NCBI GenBank assembly: GCA_037389275.1
Contig: JBBHKV010000025.1
Span: 31,746-55,745 of the forward strand
Length of the DNA: 24,000 bases
From: Sulfolobaceae archaeon RB850M
GTDB taxonomy: Archaea > Thermoproteota > Thermoprotei_A > Sulfolobales > Sulfolobaceae
Reading direction: 5' to 3'
Part shown: piece by piece, positions 6,818-16,611 of the stretch
How the letters are laid out: each line of letters begins with the position of its first letter
Numbering within the stretch: the first letter of the stretch is position 1
Notes under the pieces: generated by a model
What the model saw: the letters and a program-made list of their open reading frames with translations, nothing else
Databases searched by the model: none
Told to the model about the DNA's origin: nothing
Position numbers and translations under genes: made by a program

Positions 6818-7528
6818 ATGGTAAGAAAGTTTTGTGTAGTTTGCGGTAGAGAGGATGGAGAGTTTATAGGTTCACTTTGCTTAGACTGTTATATTAAGAC
6901 TAAAGAGCTAGTGCAAGTCCCTAAAGAAATTCACGGAAAGTATTGCAAAATTTGTGGCTCTGAATGGGTTGAAGGTAAGTGGGTTAAGCCTAATGACCCT
7001 TCAATGTCTGTTTTTGAATCAATAGTTTATAGAGAGCTGGGTAAGAGAGTTAAACTCGATGATAACGTAGAAGAAGTGGATTATAATATTATTAATCAAC
7101 ATTACGATCAGCACGGTCATCTTTTTGTGAATATAGAAATTAAAGGCAAAGTAAGGGGTAAAGAGTTTAGAGTAATTAAAACTGTGAATGCTAAAATTGA
7201 GAGGACTATTTGTCCCTCGTGCATAAGGAAAAAGGGTCATTATTATGAAGCTATAATCCAGTTAAGGTTTAAAGAGGGTAAATTGGACGCAAATAAGAGG
7301 CAAGTCTTTGAGTCCTTCTTTAACGAAGAAGTCATTGACAGTTTATCCGATGTTATTGAAGGGAAGGAGGGAGTGGACTATTATTTTATAAAAAAGAGCG
7401 TCGCTAAAAAGCTCGTATCTACAGTCTCTTCTACTTTGAAAGATATTAAGATTACTGAGAGTTATCAGGATGAAAGAATGAAAAACGGTAAAAAATCCGC
7501 TAAGACTGTTATTTCTGTTAGGTTATGA
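6818..7528 (+). CDS. NMD3-like protein (archaeal homolog of the 60S export/biogenesis factor)
   Basis: 236-aa ORF with N-terminal Cys clusters CVVCGRE...CLDCY, CKICGS and CPSCIRK, typical of NMD3. It starts 2 nt after the previous stop. Confidence 0.8.
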   Translation: MVRKFCVVCGREDGEFIGSLCLDCYIKTKELVQVPKEIHGKYCKICGSEWVEGKWVKPNDPSMSVFESIVYRELGKRVKLDDNVEEVDYNIINQHYDQHGHLFVNIEIKGKVRGKEFRVIKTVNAKIERTICPSCIRKKGHYYEAIIQLRFKEGKLDANKRQVFESFFNEEVIDSLSDVIEGKEGVDYYFIKKSVAKKLVSTVSSTLKDIKITESYQDERMKNGKKSAKTVISVRL

Positions 7529-8151
7529 TAGTAATAGGTATCGATGAGGCGGGTAGGGGTTCGTTAATAGGGCCTATGATAGTCGCTGGAGTAGCAATAG
7601 ATGATAAGTATTTGGAAGTACTAAAGAGGTACGGTGTAAAAGATAGTAAAAAACTGACAAGGAAGAAAAGGGAAGAGTTATTCAATCTAATAACCTTTTA
7701 TTCAAAAGCTGTAATGTCAGTGAAAGTGTTCCCAGAAGAAATAGATAAAGAAAACTTGAATAAGTTAACATATGTAAGTATTATAAAAATATTGTCGGCT
7801 TTATCAGTTCTTAAGCCCTCTATAGTAACGATTGATAAAGTAGGCAATATGAGAGAGGTTGAGGAGTTTGTAAAAGGTTTGAACGTAAAGGCAAATATTG
7901 TACATAACGCTGACGTTTATTTTACTGAATGTAGTTCTGCAAGTATAATAGCTAAGGTTATAAGGGATAGGTATATTGAGAGTCTTAAGACTTTTTACGG
8001 GGACTTCGGTAGCGGATATCCTGGAGACGAGAGGACTATAGAGTGGGTTAAAAAAGTTTATTCCTCTTCTCCCTCTCCTCCTCCTATCATTAGAAGGACG
8101 TGGAAAATTTTACAAGATATCGCACCTAATTATTATATCGAGAAATGGTAA
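7525..8151 (+). CDS. rnhB: Ribonuclease HII
   Basis: 208-aa ORF with the N-terminal catalytic motif IGIDEAGRGSLIGPMIVAGV and later DSKKL. ATGA overlap with the NMD3-like stop. Confidence 0.9.
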   Translation: MIVIGIDEAGRGSLIGPMIVAGVAIDDKYLEVLKRYGVKDSKKLTRKKREELFNLITFYSKAVMSVKVFPEEIDKENLNKLTYVSIIKILSALSVLKPSIVTIDKVGNMREVEEFVKGLNVKANIVHNADVYFTECSSASIIAKVIRDRYIESLKTFYGDFGSGYPGDERTIEWVKKVYSSSPSPPPIIRRTWKILQDIAPNYYIEKW

Positions 8152-9224
8152 CTAACTTACCCGCTGAGGCAAAAGCTAAATGGTTAAAATATATGGACGC
8201 AAAAACTACCGAAGAAAAGATTAGGGCCTTACAAGAATTCCTAAGTGCTGTACCGAAACATAAGGGCACGGAAAATTTAGTTTATTGGGCTAGAAGACGA
8301 CTGGCGGAACTAAAAGAGGAAGCAGAGTTAGAAAAGAGAAAATCTTCGTCAGTAGGAAAAGGAATTCAATTCTTTATAGAAAAGGAGGGAGCGGGACAAG
8401 TAGTCTTACTTGGCGACAACGAGTTAAAGAATAAGTTAATGCGAGAGTTAACAAACGTCAAAACAGATCCTAAAGACATGCCTGTTCCCGGGATGATGCA
8501 ATATAAAGACGTTAAAATACAACTTATAAACACTCCACAACTCATATTTAACGCTAGGAGTTTGATAGGTAAAATAGTAGGTCTAGCAAAAAACGCCGAT
8601 GAGTTGCTTCTAGTTGTAAAAGATCAACAGATGTTTAATAATTTAAAATCGTTTCTGGAGTCTAACGGTATTATCTCACGAAAGCCTAGTGGTAGGGTCA
8701 TTATCGATAGGAGTCGTTACGGTAATTCCGGGATCAGAATAGTAAATCTAGGCAAGTTAATAAATACGAATGAGGATGAAGTTAGGAAATACTTAGAGAG
8801 TTTTGGGATTAAGAATGCAATAGTGAAGATAATAGGAGAAGTAACTTTAGATGACATTGAAAGAGAGGTTTTCGAGACGAGCATTTATAAACCTTGTGTA
8901 GTAGTTTCCGAAGAGCCCTTCATTGCCAACGGCTTTACTGTTGTGAAATGGGGTGAATGGGACAAACTAAAGGAGGAGGTTTTTAAAGGACTTGACGTTA
9001 TAAGGGTTTACACTAAAGAACCTGGGGAAAAGCCTTCAAGTGAACCTTTAGTAATAAAACGTGGTGCTACAGTTATAGATGTAGCTAAGAAGCTTCATAA
9101 CGAATTGGCTGAACAGTTTAAATATGCTAGGGTTTGGGGGAAGTCGGTGAAGTTCCCTGGTCAAAAGGTAGGTGCGTATCATGTTTTAGAAGATGGTGAC
9201 ATTATAGAGATTCATACAACGTAA
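8145..9224 (+). CDS. DRG/OBG-family-like protein with a C-terminal TGS domain and degenerate G motifs (probable pseudo-GTPase)
   Basis: 359-aa ORF. The N-terminal region resembles the DRG helix (KHKGTENLVYWARRRLAELKEE). LLGDNELKNKL occupies the position where G1 (GxPxxGKS) is expected, and NTPQL occupies the position of G3 (DxPG). The C-terminus is TGS-like (VIRVYTKEPGEKPS...PLVIKRGATVIDVAKKLH...GAYHVLEDGDIIEI). Confidence 0.75.
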   Translation: MVTNLPAEAKAKWLKYMDAKTTEEKIRALQEFLSAVPKHKGTENLVYWARRRLAELKEEAELEKRKSSSVGKGIQFFIEKEGAGQVVLLGDNELKNKLMRELTNVKTDPKDMPVPGMMQYKDVKIQLINTPQLIFNARSLIGKIVGLAKNADELLLVVKDQQMFNNLKSFLESNGIISRKPSGRVIIDRSRYGNSGIRIVNLGKLINTNEDEVRKYLESFGIKNAIVKIIGEVTLDDIEREVFETSIYKPCVVVSEEPFIANGFTVVKWGEWDKLKEEVFKGLDVIRVYTKEPGEKPSSEPLVIKRGATVIDVAKKLHNELAEQFKYARVWGKSVKFPGQKVGAYHVLEDGDIIEIHTT

Positions 9225-9232
9225 AAAACGAA

Positions 9233-9242
9233 CATTTATATG
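9233..9242 (+). promoter_or_regulatory. TATA-like element (CATTTATATG) about 27 nt upstream of the ATG at 9265
   Basis: Lies in the 40-bp gap after the DRG-like gene. The spacing fits a leaderless transcript for the platform/ATPase pair. Confidence 0.45.
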
Positions 9243-9264
9243 CTGATATAACATATTATAAATT

Positions 9265-11157
9265 ATGGCATTAAAGTTATCAAAAAAGCAAAATGGAAGG
9301 AATAAGGTTACTAAAAATCAAAATTACTCGAGCATAGACCTAATGTTTTATAAATCTTCATTAGCTAAATCGTTATCTAAGTCTTTAGAAAGGAAGCTTC
9401 TACAAGCTGGAATGCCAGACGATCCTCAAATTTTGGCTTCTAGGCTTTTGTTCTTCTTAATAATGTCAATGATCGCAATGTTTGCCCTAATCATAATAGG
9501 TATTTTTGCTTTTAGGGATTTTGTCTTAACTCATAACCCTAAGTTTGCAGTCTTTGGAATAATGAGTTTCATTTTTGGTGTCATAATACCCGTGATTACT
9601 TACTTAATTTTTGAAATGAATATCTCACAGAAAATAGAGGCTAGGAGGATAGGAATTGAAGCCGAAACTCCAGCTTTTTCAGCGCTGTTTTTAGTCTTCT
9701 TAAGATCTGGGCTTTCTCCAAAAATATTATTTGAAAACTTGAGTAAAACCAAAGCGTTTAACTATATTAATGCAGTGTCAAAATATATAGTAAAAAGAAT
9801 GAGTTATTTAGGAGAAGGTGTGGAAAAAGCGGTAGAGAGTTCAATTACTGTAGTTCCATCTAAACTTTACGATGAATTAATGTCTACTTATATTACAGCT
9901 ATAGTAACTGGTGCTCCAGTTTATGAAACAATGTCAAGTAAGGTTAAGGATATATTAAAAAGAATTGAGCTTCTAGCGTCTGTAGCAGCTGATAGGCTTT
10001 CTGGTGTGGGAGAGGGATATGTAACATGGTTAGCTTCTGGTTTTATTACCATTTATCTGATTCTAATTTTAGAATCAGTTTTCACATTACTTAAAGTTCT
10101 TCCATTACCGATAATTGGAGTTCTGGTAGTTGTATTCATACCTATAGTGAACGTGCTATTTATATGGATGGTTGATTCATTGCAATTTAAATTCCCAGAA
10201 AAGCAATTAAGAGCAGACAAGATCTTTCTAATGCTTTTCCCAGTGGGTTTCATTCTTGGAATTGTTCTAATGATGATTTTAGAACCTTTAATGGCAAGGA
10301 TCTTTAATTATCCCGTGGTTTCCCCTGAGTATTTGCTAATAGAACTGTTTACATTAAGCGGAACCACATTTGCAGTGCCAGCTACAGTTGTTGGTTTATC
10401 ATTAGGGTTTATAATTACATTAGTTCCAGCTGCAGTTATGGCGGAAAGGGAATTAAGGGAAGGTACTGGGTATGACATTTATGTCGTTAGATTGTTAAGG
10501 GCTATAGGAGAGGGAGTAAGGGCTGGTTTAACACCAGAAACTGTAATAAAGAATCTGAAGGATAGTAGTGAAATGGGTAAATTACAAGTTGTTCTGAAGA
10601 GGCTTTATGCATATATCAGACTAGGAGTACCATTAAAGGATGCTTTTAGAAAGGCTTCAGAAACTATAATTGACTTTCCTACGAGAGTGGCTTTCAACGC
10701 ATTAGCTGACATGATAGAGATTGGTAGTTTAACGCCAGAATCAGTAGAAATTTTAGCAGATCAGTTAGATTCGCAAATAAGGGTAAGGAATGAGTATTAC
10801 GCTAAAATTAAAGTCCTACTCTACATGCCGTATGTAGGTTCTATACTTGCATTAGTAACATCTGTAATCTTGTCTAGTGCAATACTATCTTTAATAACTA
10901 CTGGAAAATTCGCATTCACTTATGGTCCATTAGCTTCAGCAACGGTACTAGTTCCTAAAGCAATTTATATGACAGCATTATCATCAGTGTTTAATGCCGT
11001 TTTAGCCGGCTTACTAGTAGGGAAATTAGCTAGGGGTAGGGTCGCATCTGGTTATAAGCATGCTATAATACTTACGGTAATAACTATGTTCCTATTATTG
11101 ATGATTCTGCTAGTACGCTTCTCTTTCGTGTCTACGCCGACGGCACCGACATTATAA
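9265..11157 (+). CDS. Type IV filament membrane platform protein, FlaJ/TadC/GspF-like
   Basis: 630-aa polytopic membrane protein. It has two cytoplasmic helical blocks separated by clusters of hydrophobic segments and lies directly upstream of a FlaI/PilB-type ATPase. Confidence 0.8.
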   Translation: MALKLSKKQNGRNKVTKNQNYSSIDLMFYKSSLAKSLSKSLERKLLQAGMPDDPQILASRLLFFLIMSMIAMFALIIIGIFAFRDFVLTHNPKFAVFGIMSFIFGVIIPVITYLIFEMNISQKIEARRIGIEAETPAFSALFLVFLRSGLSPKILFENLSKTKAFNYINAVSKYIVKRMSYLGEGVEKAVESSITVVPSKLYDELMSTYITAIVTGAPVYETMSSKVKDILKRIELLASVAADRLSGVGEGYVTWLASGFITIYLILILESVFTLLKVLPLPIIGVLVVVFIPIVNVLFIWMVDSLQFKFPEKQLRADKIFLMLFPVGFILGIVLMMILEPLMARIFNYPVVSPEYLLIELFTLSGTTFAVPATVVGLSLGFIITLVPAAVMAERELREGTGYDIYVVRLLRAIGEGVRAGLTPETVIKNLKDSSEMGKLQVVLKRLYAYIRLGVPLKDAFRKASETIIDFPTRVAFNALADMIEIGSLTPESVEILADQLDSQIRVRNEYYAKIKVLLYMPYVGSILALVTSVILSSAILSLITTGKFAFTYGPLASATVLVPKAIYMTALSSVFNAVLAGLLVGKLARGRVASGYKHAIILTVITMFLLLMILLVRFSFVSTPTAPTL

Positions 11158-11173
11158 AAGCTTATATAGATAA

Positions 11174-11180
11174 GAGGTGA
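11174..11180 (+). promoter_or_regulatory. Shine-Dalgarno GAGGTGA, 5 nt upstream of the ATG at 11186
   Basis: Full-length SD motif. The GTG at 11177 used by the ORF track lies inside this motif, so ATG 11186 is the more likely start. Confidence 0.6.
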
Positions 11181-11185
11181 AAATA

Positions 11186-12922
11186 ATGATAATGAAATTA
11201 CCGAAATTACAATTATCAAAAAATGGGAAAAGTGAATCAAAGACGGTTACACAAATAGAAGAGTTGGATTTACCATATTCTTTATATCCACTTTTTATTC
11301 CAGTTCAGAGTATCGAAGGAGAAGTATATGCACAATATGAAATAGATTTATCACATACAATCCCCGATCAAATAATTCAAGATTTTCAAGATAATAAAAT
11401 AGAGTTATCTATAGCTAAACCTAATGTATTTATAACTTATGATGAGGAAAAGGGAATCTACAAATACAATTTGATAGAGCCAATCATGGATATTAATACT
11501 TTTAACATTTACTTATTATTGGTCTCTGAAATTGAGAGAAGCCTATTAGAAAACGTTGATTATATTCCATTAGGCGGAATACTAAATAACTTAAGCAAAA
11601 AGAGGACAGACCTTAAAGTCTTCCAAGGTAAGATAGGTGAATTAAATGTAATTTCTACTCCGTTTAAAGTTGCACTATACTATTTATTGAGAAATATGTT
11701 CGGTTATAACATTCTCACCCCTCTCTTATTTGATACTAATATTGAGGATATTTCAGTAAGTGGAATTAACTTACCGATTTATGTTTACCACAGGCAATTC
11801 GAATATACACCAACAAATATAGTTCTTACTAAGTCTATGAATTTATTTGGTAAAATTATAGATGGAGAACAACTATTAGACGAGTTAGTCTTGAGATTTA
11901 TTTCTTTGGCTAATAAAACTATTTCAGTTGCAACTCCTATAGCAGACGGTATTTTACCAAAAGGGGATAGGATTGCAGCAACCTTTAGAAGAGAGGTTTC
12001 AATGAACGGTTCATCATTCGTGATTAGAAGGTTCAGCGAGAGTCCCATAACCATTCTTGACCTCATAAACTCTAAAGTATTATCCCCAGAGGCAGCTGCG
12101 TACTTATGGTACGCAATAGACATGAAAATGTCTTTCATGGTAATAGGAGTAACAGGTGCTGGTAAGACTACAGTACTTAACGCTATACTAAACCTGGTGA
12201 AGGAATCTATGAAGGTAGTCTCAATAGAGGATATTCCGGAGTTAAGATTAGCTCAAGATAACTGGGTTCAGTTATACGCTAGGCCAGCATATGGAGGACT
12301 AGGGAAAGAGGTATCTTTAATGGACTTACTAAAGTTGTCATTAAGATATAGACCGGATATAATAGTAGTCGGAGAGATAAGAGGTGAAGAGGCTTACGTA
12401 TTGTTCCAGGCAATATCTACTGGTCACGGTGGTGCAACTACTTTCCACGCATACGATAGCGAGAGTGCCGTTAAAAGGCTAATGAATGAGCCTTTGAACA
12501 TTCCCTCCGAGTGGATTCCGATGATGAACATAATTATAACGGTCAGACGTTTACCGTTATATGTAGGTGATAAGATCGTACTGAGGAGAAGGGCTGTAGC
12601 AATAGATGAGATAGTCTCTTATAATGATCTGAGGAGGAGTGTTAGATGGGATCCGAATACAGATTCTCACGTATTAGATTATGGTTCAATGGTAGTTTTA
12701 AGGGCTAGAGTCGAGGAGGCTGGTAAAAACTTCGACGATGTAAAGGCAGAATTAGAAAGAAGAGCTACATACTTAAAATTATTAGCTTCAGCTAGACAAA
12801 TCGTGCAGAATAAAGAAAGTTATAAGTTGCTTAAGAAGTATATAATTAAGTATAGTTTAAGGCCAGAAGAAGCGATGAGAGAAGTTCAAGCAATGGCTGG
12901 AACTAAGCAAGTTGTTCAGTAA
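11186..12922 (+). CDS. Type II/IV secretion-system ATPase, archaeal FlaI/PilB (VirB11/GspE superfamily)-like
   Basis: Walker A GVTGAGKTT, Asp box/Walker B RPDIIVVGEIRGEEA, His box TGHGGATTFHA, and the N-terminal archaeal-type motif YKYNLIEPIM. Confidence 0.88.
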   Translation: MIMKLPKLQLSKNGKSESKTVTQIEELDLPYSLYPLFIPVQSIEGEVYAQYEIDLSHTIPDQIIQDFQDNKIELSIAKPNVFITYDEEKGIYKYNLIEPIMDINTFNIYLLLVSEIERSLLENVDYIPLGGILNNLSKKRTDLKVFQGKIGELNVISTPFKVALYYLLRNMFGYNILTPLLFDTNIEDISVSGINLPIYVYHRQFEYTPTNIVLTKSMNLFGKIIDGEQLLDELVLRFISLANKTISVATPIADGILPKGDRIAATFRREVSMNGSSFVIRRFSESPITILDLINSKVLSPEAAAYLWYAIDMKMSFMVIGVTGAGKTTVLNAILNLVKESMKVVSIEDIPELRLAQDNWVQLYARPAYGGLGKEVSLMDLLKLSLRYRPDIIVVGEIRGEEAYVLFQAISTGHGGATTFHAYDSESAVKRLMNEPLNIPSEWIPMMNIIITVRRLPLYVGDKIVLRRRAVAIDEIVSYNDLRRSVRWDPNTDSHVLDYGSMVVLRARVEEAGKNFDDVKAELERRATYLKLLASARQIVQNKESYKLLKKYIIKYSLRPEEAMREVQAMAGTKQVVQ

Positions 12923-14192
12923 TGCTAAAAATTACTAATATAACCGTAATAAACCAGTAACCAAACACTGAATCAAAAAAGGCTATACTTAATAAGATAA
13001 CTTGAATAAAGCCGCTAAACGTAGGTTTATTCTTATCATCATCTTGCTTAACAAGAGTTTTAGGTGTCACTTTCCAACTAAACGGTATTCCGAATAAACC
13101 TTTCAAATAACCTATAAGTGATGCATTGATTATTGTTATGATAATTTTAACATCTATCTCTTTTTGTTTTGTTTCAAAAGAGTAAATAAGTAAAGACAAG
13201 ATATAAGGCAATAAAATAACTAATAGTAAAAATTGATTTATTTTTAGTAAAGGAAATGTAATTGCTGAAAGCAATACTATTGCTATGAGAGAAGGATAAA
13301 GTCCCCATTGTTGTGCGTACATAAAACCTTCTATTCCTTTTAAGCTTTTAAATAGTTTTAGGGACTCGAAAAGGAGTTGCGAAGAGCCGTAAGACCATCT
13401 TTCTATTTGCCTAAATAAATCACCTAGGGTATACGGTGCTTTAACGTAAATTACAAGGTCGTTATAATATACTACTTTTACCCCAAATAAAAATAATCTA
13501 ATACCTAACTCTAAATCTTCGGTAATGCTCCCAACTTTCCATCCACCTATTCTAATTAGTTCCTCTCTACGAATTGAGAAGGCTGAACCATTAGGGAAAA
13601 TTGGAAAACCTAATCTTGCTCTTACTAGAAACAGTGACGTCATAACCTTTTCAGTGAATTCTGCGTAATATTTTTGTATACTAGTCTGTATATCATATAT
13701 CCTTAACCTAAAAGATGCAGCTGTATAATCCCTTTTGGATAATCTTAATAAGAAATCCTTATCTATTCTAGCATCAGCATCGAGAAATAGCAAATAATCA
13801 CCTGTTGATAATTTCAAAGCGTAGTTTAGTGCTCCGGCTTTACCCCCTATCGGGTTTTCTCGTCGCAAAATTCTAAAATTATTTGGTAAAAATATTTTTT
13901 TGAAGAGTTCATTAAATTTCTCTTCACTATCATCAGATACTATTATAACTTCATAATTATCATAATTTAAATTTCTCAGATTCTCTATTAGGTTCACGAT
14001 TGTCTCTCTGTCCTCGTTTTTTATCGCAACTATTATGGAATATTTTCTCTTTATAGTTTCTTTATCTTCTTCCTCGACTCCACTTATTTTCTGTGATAAG
14101 TACATATAATAAGCCTGGAGTATGTTCCACGTTATTGATGGAAGCAATAATAAGGTTAGGATAGTTATAATAACAAAAAAATCAAAGTTCAT
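12903..14192 (-). CDS. Membrane-embedded family-2 glycosyltransferase, CesA/NodC-like (processive-type motifs)
   Basis: 429-aa ORF with an N-terminal TM segment. It carries the D, DxD, TED, QxxRW motif set: [30 protein letters not shown]. About four C-terminal TM segments follow. The ATG overlaps the ppa TGA (ATGA). Confidence 0.85.
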   Translation of the reverse strand: MNFDFFVIITILTLLLLPSITWNILQAYYMYLSQKISGVEEEDKETIKRKYSIIVAIKNEDRETIVNLIENLRNLNYDNYEVIIVSDDSEEKFNELFKKIFLPNNFRILRRENPIGGKAGALNYALKLSTGDYLLFLDADARIDKDFLLRLSKRDYTAASFRLRIYDIQTSIQKYYAEFTEKVMTSLFLVRARLGFPIFPNGSAFSIRREELIRIGGWKVGSITEDLELGIRLFLFGVKVVYYNDLVIYVKAPYTLGDLFRQIERWSYGSSQLLFESLKLFKSLKGIEGFMYAQQWGLYPSLIAIVLLSAITFPLLKINQFLLLVILLPYILSLLIYSFETKQKEIDVKIIITIINASLIGYLKGLFGIPFSWKVTPKTLVKQDDDKNKPTFSGFIQVILLSIAFFDSVFGYWFITVILVIFSITEQLA

Positions 14193-14707
14193 TTACCTTG
14201 TGCCCTTTTAATTGCTGCATTTATTCTATTCTTTGCCTCGGCTACTCCTCCCCATCCAGACACTTTTACCCATTTTCCAGGCTCTAACTCTTTATAGTGC
14301 TCGAAGAAATGCATTATCTTATTTTTCACAGCCTCTGGCAGATCGATTATGTCTTTGATATTTGAGAATGAAGGATCAATTTTATCTTTAGGAACTGCTA
14401 TGATCTTTGCGTCCTCACCCTCTTCATCCCTCATATATAATATTCCCACTGGTCTAGCCTCTATTACAGTTCCAGGAAAAACTGGGTAATTACTTATAAC
14501 TAAAACGTCTAACGGATCCCCATCATCCTCTAAAGTCCCCGGTATAAAGCCATAGTTGAAGGGGTATACCATCGAGGTGTAAAGTACTCTATCAACTTTT
14601 ACAACTTCTTCCTCCTCGTCATATTCGTATTTTATATTAGAACCCATAGGTATCTCTACTAAGACGTTTACGGTATCTGGTGCGTTCTTACCCGGACCGG
14701 TTTTCAT
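14189..14707 (-). CDS. ppa: Inorganic pyrophosphatase (family I)
   Basis: 172-aa ORF with strong family I PPase signatures: [40 protein letters not shown] and DAKIIAVP. Confidence 0.95.
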   Translation of the reverse strand: MKTGPGKNAPDTVNVLVEIPMGSNIKYEYDEEEEVVKVDRVLYTSMVYPFNYGFIPGTLEDDGDPLDVLVISNYPVFPGTVIEARPVGILYMRDEEGEDAKIIAVPKDKIDPSFSNIKDIIDLPEAVKNKIMHFFEHYKELEPGKWVKVSGWGGVAEAKNRINAAIKRAQGK

Positions 14708-14725
14708 TTCATTAGTAAAAAACGG

Positions 14726-15265
14726 TTAGTGAAATAAATCATTTATTATAAAGTCTATCGTGTCAATAATTTTACTAAACGGGAACTCCCTTTTTAACTT
14801 TTCAATTTCCGTCGTATATGTTTTGATTATTTCTTCAACCCTAAACCCCATTTTTAAATACCTCTTAGCCTGGAGGTAAGTTGATAACATCTCACTAAAT
14901 TTAGCCACTCTACCTTCTATGCTATTTCCATCTTTATACTCTCTGAATAACTCAATTCCTAATCCTAATTCTTTTATTGCCTCTTCCTCAAGGTCTTCCT
15001 TGTTCTGAAGTCTTTGTGTAGTCCATTTTGGCAAATCTCCTAATAAGCTTTCCCCTATATCGTGGAATATTGCAATGGTAACTGCTTTATATGGATCTAT
15101 TTTTACACCCGTCTCAGAAAGTTTTATTGATAAAAAGTATGCTAAAATCCCGGCTTCCCAACTATGCTGTGCTACTGTTTCTCCAATTGCTGGTGGCACT
15201 CCTCTCTGCATCCAACCAGTTCTTACTAAATTTTTTCCTCCTTCAAGTATTCTCTCTAAATCCAT
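14726..15265 (-). CDS. HD-domain phosphohydrolase (YfbR/5'-nucleotidase-like)
   Basis: 179-aa ORF with HD superfamily motifs ETVAQHSWEA and IFHDIGESLLGDLP. Confidence 0.8.
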   Translation of the reverse strand: MDLERILEGGKNLVRTGWMQRGVPPAIGETVAQHSWEAGILAYFLSIKLSETGVKIDPYKAVTIAIFHDIGESLLGDLPKWTTQRLQNKEDLEEEAIKELGLGIELFREYKDGNSIEGRVAKFSEMLSTYLQAKRYLKMGFRVEEIIKTYTTEIEKLKREFPFSKIIDTIDFIINDLFH

Positions 15266-15267
15266 AA

Positions 15268-16611
15268 TTAGAGGTTTGATGTCAAATATTTTAAGACATC
15301 TATTAACTCGTCAATATCTGAAGTCCAAATCCTTATCATAGCTTCCTTTCCTTTAACACCCTCATCATAAATGACATTTGGGATTTTACCGTAATTTTCG
15401 TAAACGAAAGAGGCTAGCCAATGCATACTTTTCCCCTCTATATAACTTTGTGGTTCTAATTCTCTATTTACTTCAATACATTCATAACCTATCTCAGAAA
15501 GTAATTTGATTATCCTCTTGTCATACCTAATGTTCATCAAATTCTTGGCTCTTTTTTCATAGCTTTGGATAGCAAATAATAGTCTTGCGGTATGAGTTGG
15601 CTTTCCAAAAACGGCCGGTAATCCAACTTTTACTTTGTTATCCCAATTTCTGGTTATTCTATCTCTAAAGACTGCTATATCCTCAAGGCCTTCTACGTAA
15701 TTCGGGTTTATAGAATTCGCCAAATTAGATTGTACTTCTGGGATTAGCTTATACATATTCTCTAACCTCTCCACCTCCTCAGCAAATCTTCTCATTTCTT
15801 CTAAAACCTCAAATTTTTCACTTTTCTTTATTAATGAATGTACTGGATCAATGGGTCCTATACCTTTACCAATATCTAATCCGTGAATTATTGATTCGTT
15901 TAAAATTTCCCTAGCCTTTCTGAACGCAGAAAGGATTGAATTTCCTTTAGCTAATTCTGCTGATATTACTGTGGCAAACACACTTCCAGTGCCGTGAGTA
16001 TTTTTATTCTTAACTCTTCTAAATCCTATCAAATAGTAACTCTCCTTATTACTATCATAAAGTACGTCTGTGCTGAATTCTCCCTCTATGTGGCCTCCCT
16101 TAACTATTACATAAGGTATTCCGAATTTATCACTTATTAATTTAGCAGCATTTTTAGCGTCTTCTAAGTTTGATATTCTCGTCTCTGAGAGATATGATGC
16201 CTCAACGGCATTAGGGGTTAGGACTGTGGACATTGGTAAAATGAGCCTCTTATAGTCCTCAATATCGTTTATTAACGGGGTTCCGTCTTTAGCAAAAAGT
16301 ACCGGGTCTACAATTACTGTAAATCCCTTAATGTAGTCCCTCACGACTTCAAATTGATCTTTATTATATATCATTCCTATCTTTACATTCTTTATATCAA
16401 AATCTTCGAAGAGGGTTTCCAGCTCCTTTCTTAAAAAATCTTTTGGAATTGGGAGAATTGCCTTTACTCCTTGAGTTGATTGTGCAGTTATTGCTGTAAC
16501 GGCAGTTAGGCCATGAACCCCTAGTATTTCGTAAACTTTTATATCAGTCTCACTCCCGGCACCATTTCCAGTGTCTAGCCCAGCAATACTAAGTGCTACT
16601 GGTTTTTTCAT
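15268..16611 (-). CDS. thiDN: Bifunctional ThiDN: hydroxymethylpyrimidine/phosphomethylpyrimidine kinase fused to a ThiN-type thiamine-phosphate synthase
   Basis: 447-aa ORF. The N-terminal ThiD part has [19 protein letters not shown] and THGTGSVFA. The C-terminal ThiN part has [20 protein letters not shown] and [16 protein letters not shown] lies 6 nt upstream of the ATG. Confidence 0.88.
   Translation of the reverse strand: MKKPVALSIAGLDTGNGAGSETDIKVYEILGVHGLTAVTAITAQSTQGVKAILPIPKDFLRKELETLFEDFDIKNVKIGMIYNKDQFEVVRDYIKGFTVIVDPVLFAKDGTPLINDIEDYKRLILPMSTVLTPNAVEASYLSETRISNLEDAKNAAKLISDKFGIPYVIVKGGHIEGEFSTDVLYDSNKESYYLIGFRRVKNKNTHGTGSVFATVISAELAKGNSILSAFRKAREILNESIIHGLDIGKGIGPIDPVHSLIKKSEKFEVLEEMRRFAEEVERLENMYKLIPEVQSNLANSINPNYVEGLEDIAVFRDRITRNWDNKVKVGLPAVFGKPTHTARLLFAIQSYEKRAKNLMNIRYDKRIIKLLSEIGYECIEVNRELEPQSYIEGKSMHWLASFVYENYGKIPNVIYDEGVKGKEAMIRIWTSDIDELIDVLKYLTSNL

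Noticed and set aside
8055-8090. Polypyrimidine tract (TTCCTCTTCTCCCTCTCCTCCTCCT) inside rnhB
   Set aside because: It simply encodes the Ser/Pro-rich linker SSSPSPPP near the RNase HII C-terminus. There is no evidence of slippage or frameshift.
11177-11185. GTG 11177 as the start of the secretion ATPase
   Set aside because: That GTG is part of the GAGGTGA Shine-Dalgarno motif. The ATG at 11186 lies 5 nt downstream of the motif. The ATG at 11192 remains a minor alternative.
12903-12922. Idea that the GT2 synthase and the secretion ATPase/platform pair form one functional system
   Set aside because: They lie on opposite strands in different transcription units. The GT2 gene is clearly coupled to ppa and the cofactor operon instead. 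Proximity alone is insufficient, so this is mentioned only as context.
15075-15341. Plus-strand ORF 15075-15341; the same applies to 16593-16865, 17001-17183 and 18619-18891 (plus strand) and to 20089-20292, 20286-20474 and 20801-21034 (minus strand), and 22696-22893 (plus strand)
   Set aside because: All are antisense to or nested in confidently assigned genes. They are Ser/Leu/Phe/Ile-rich with no motifs or plausible promoters.
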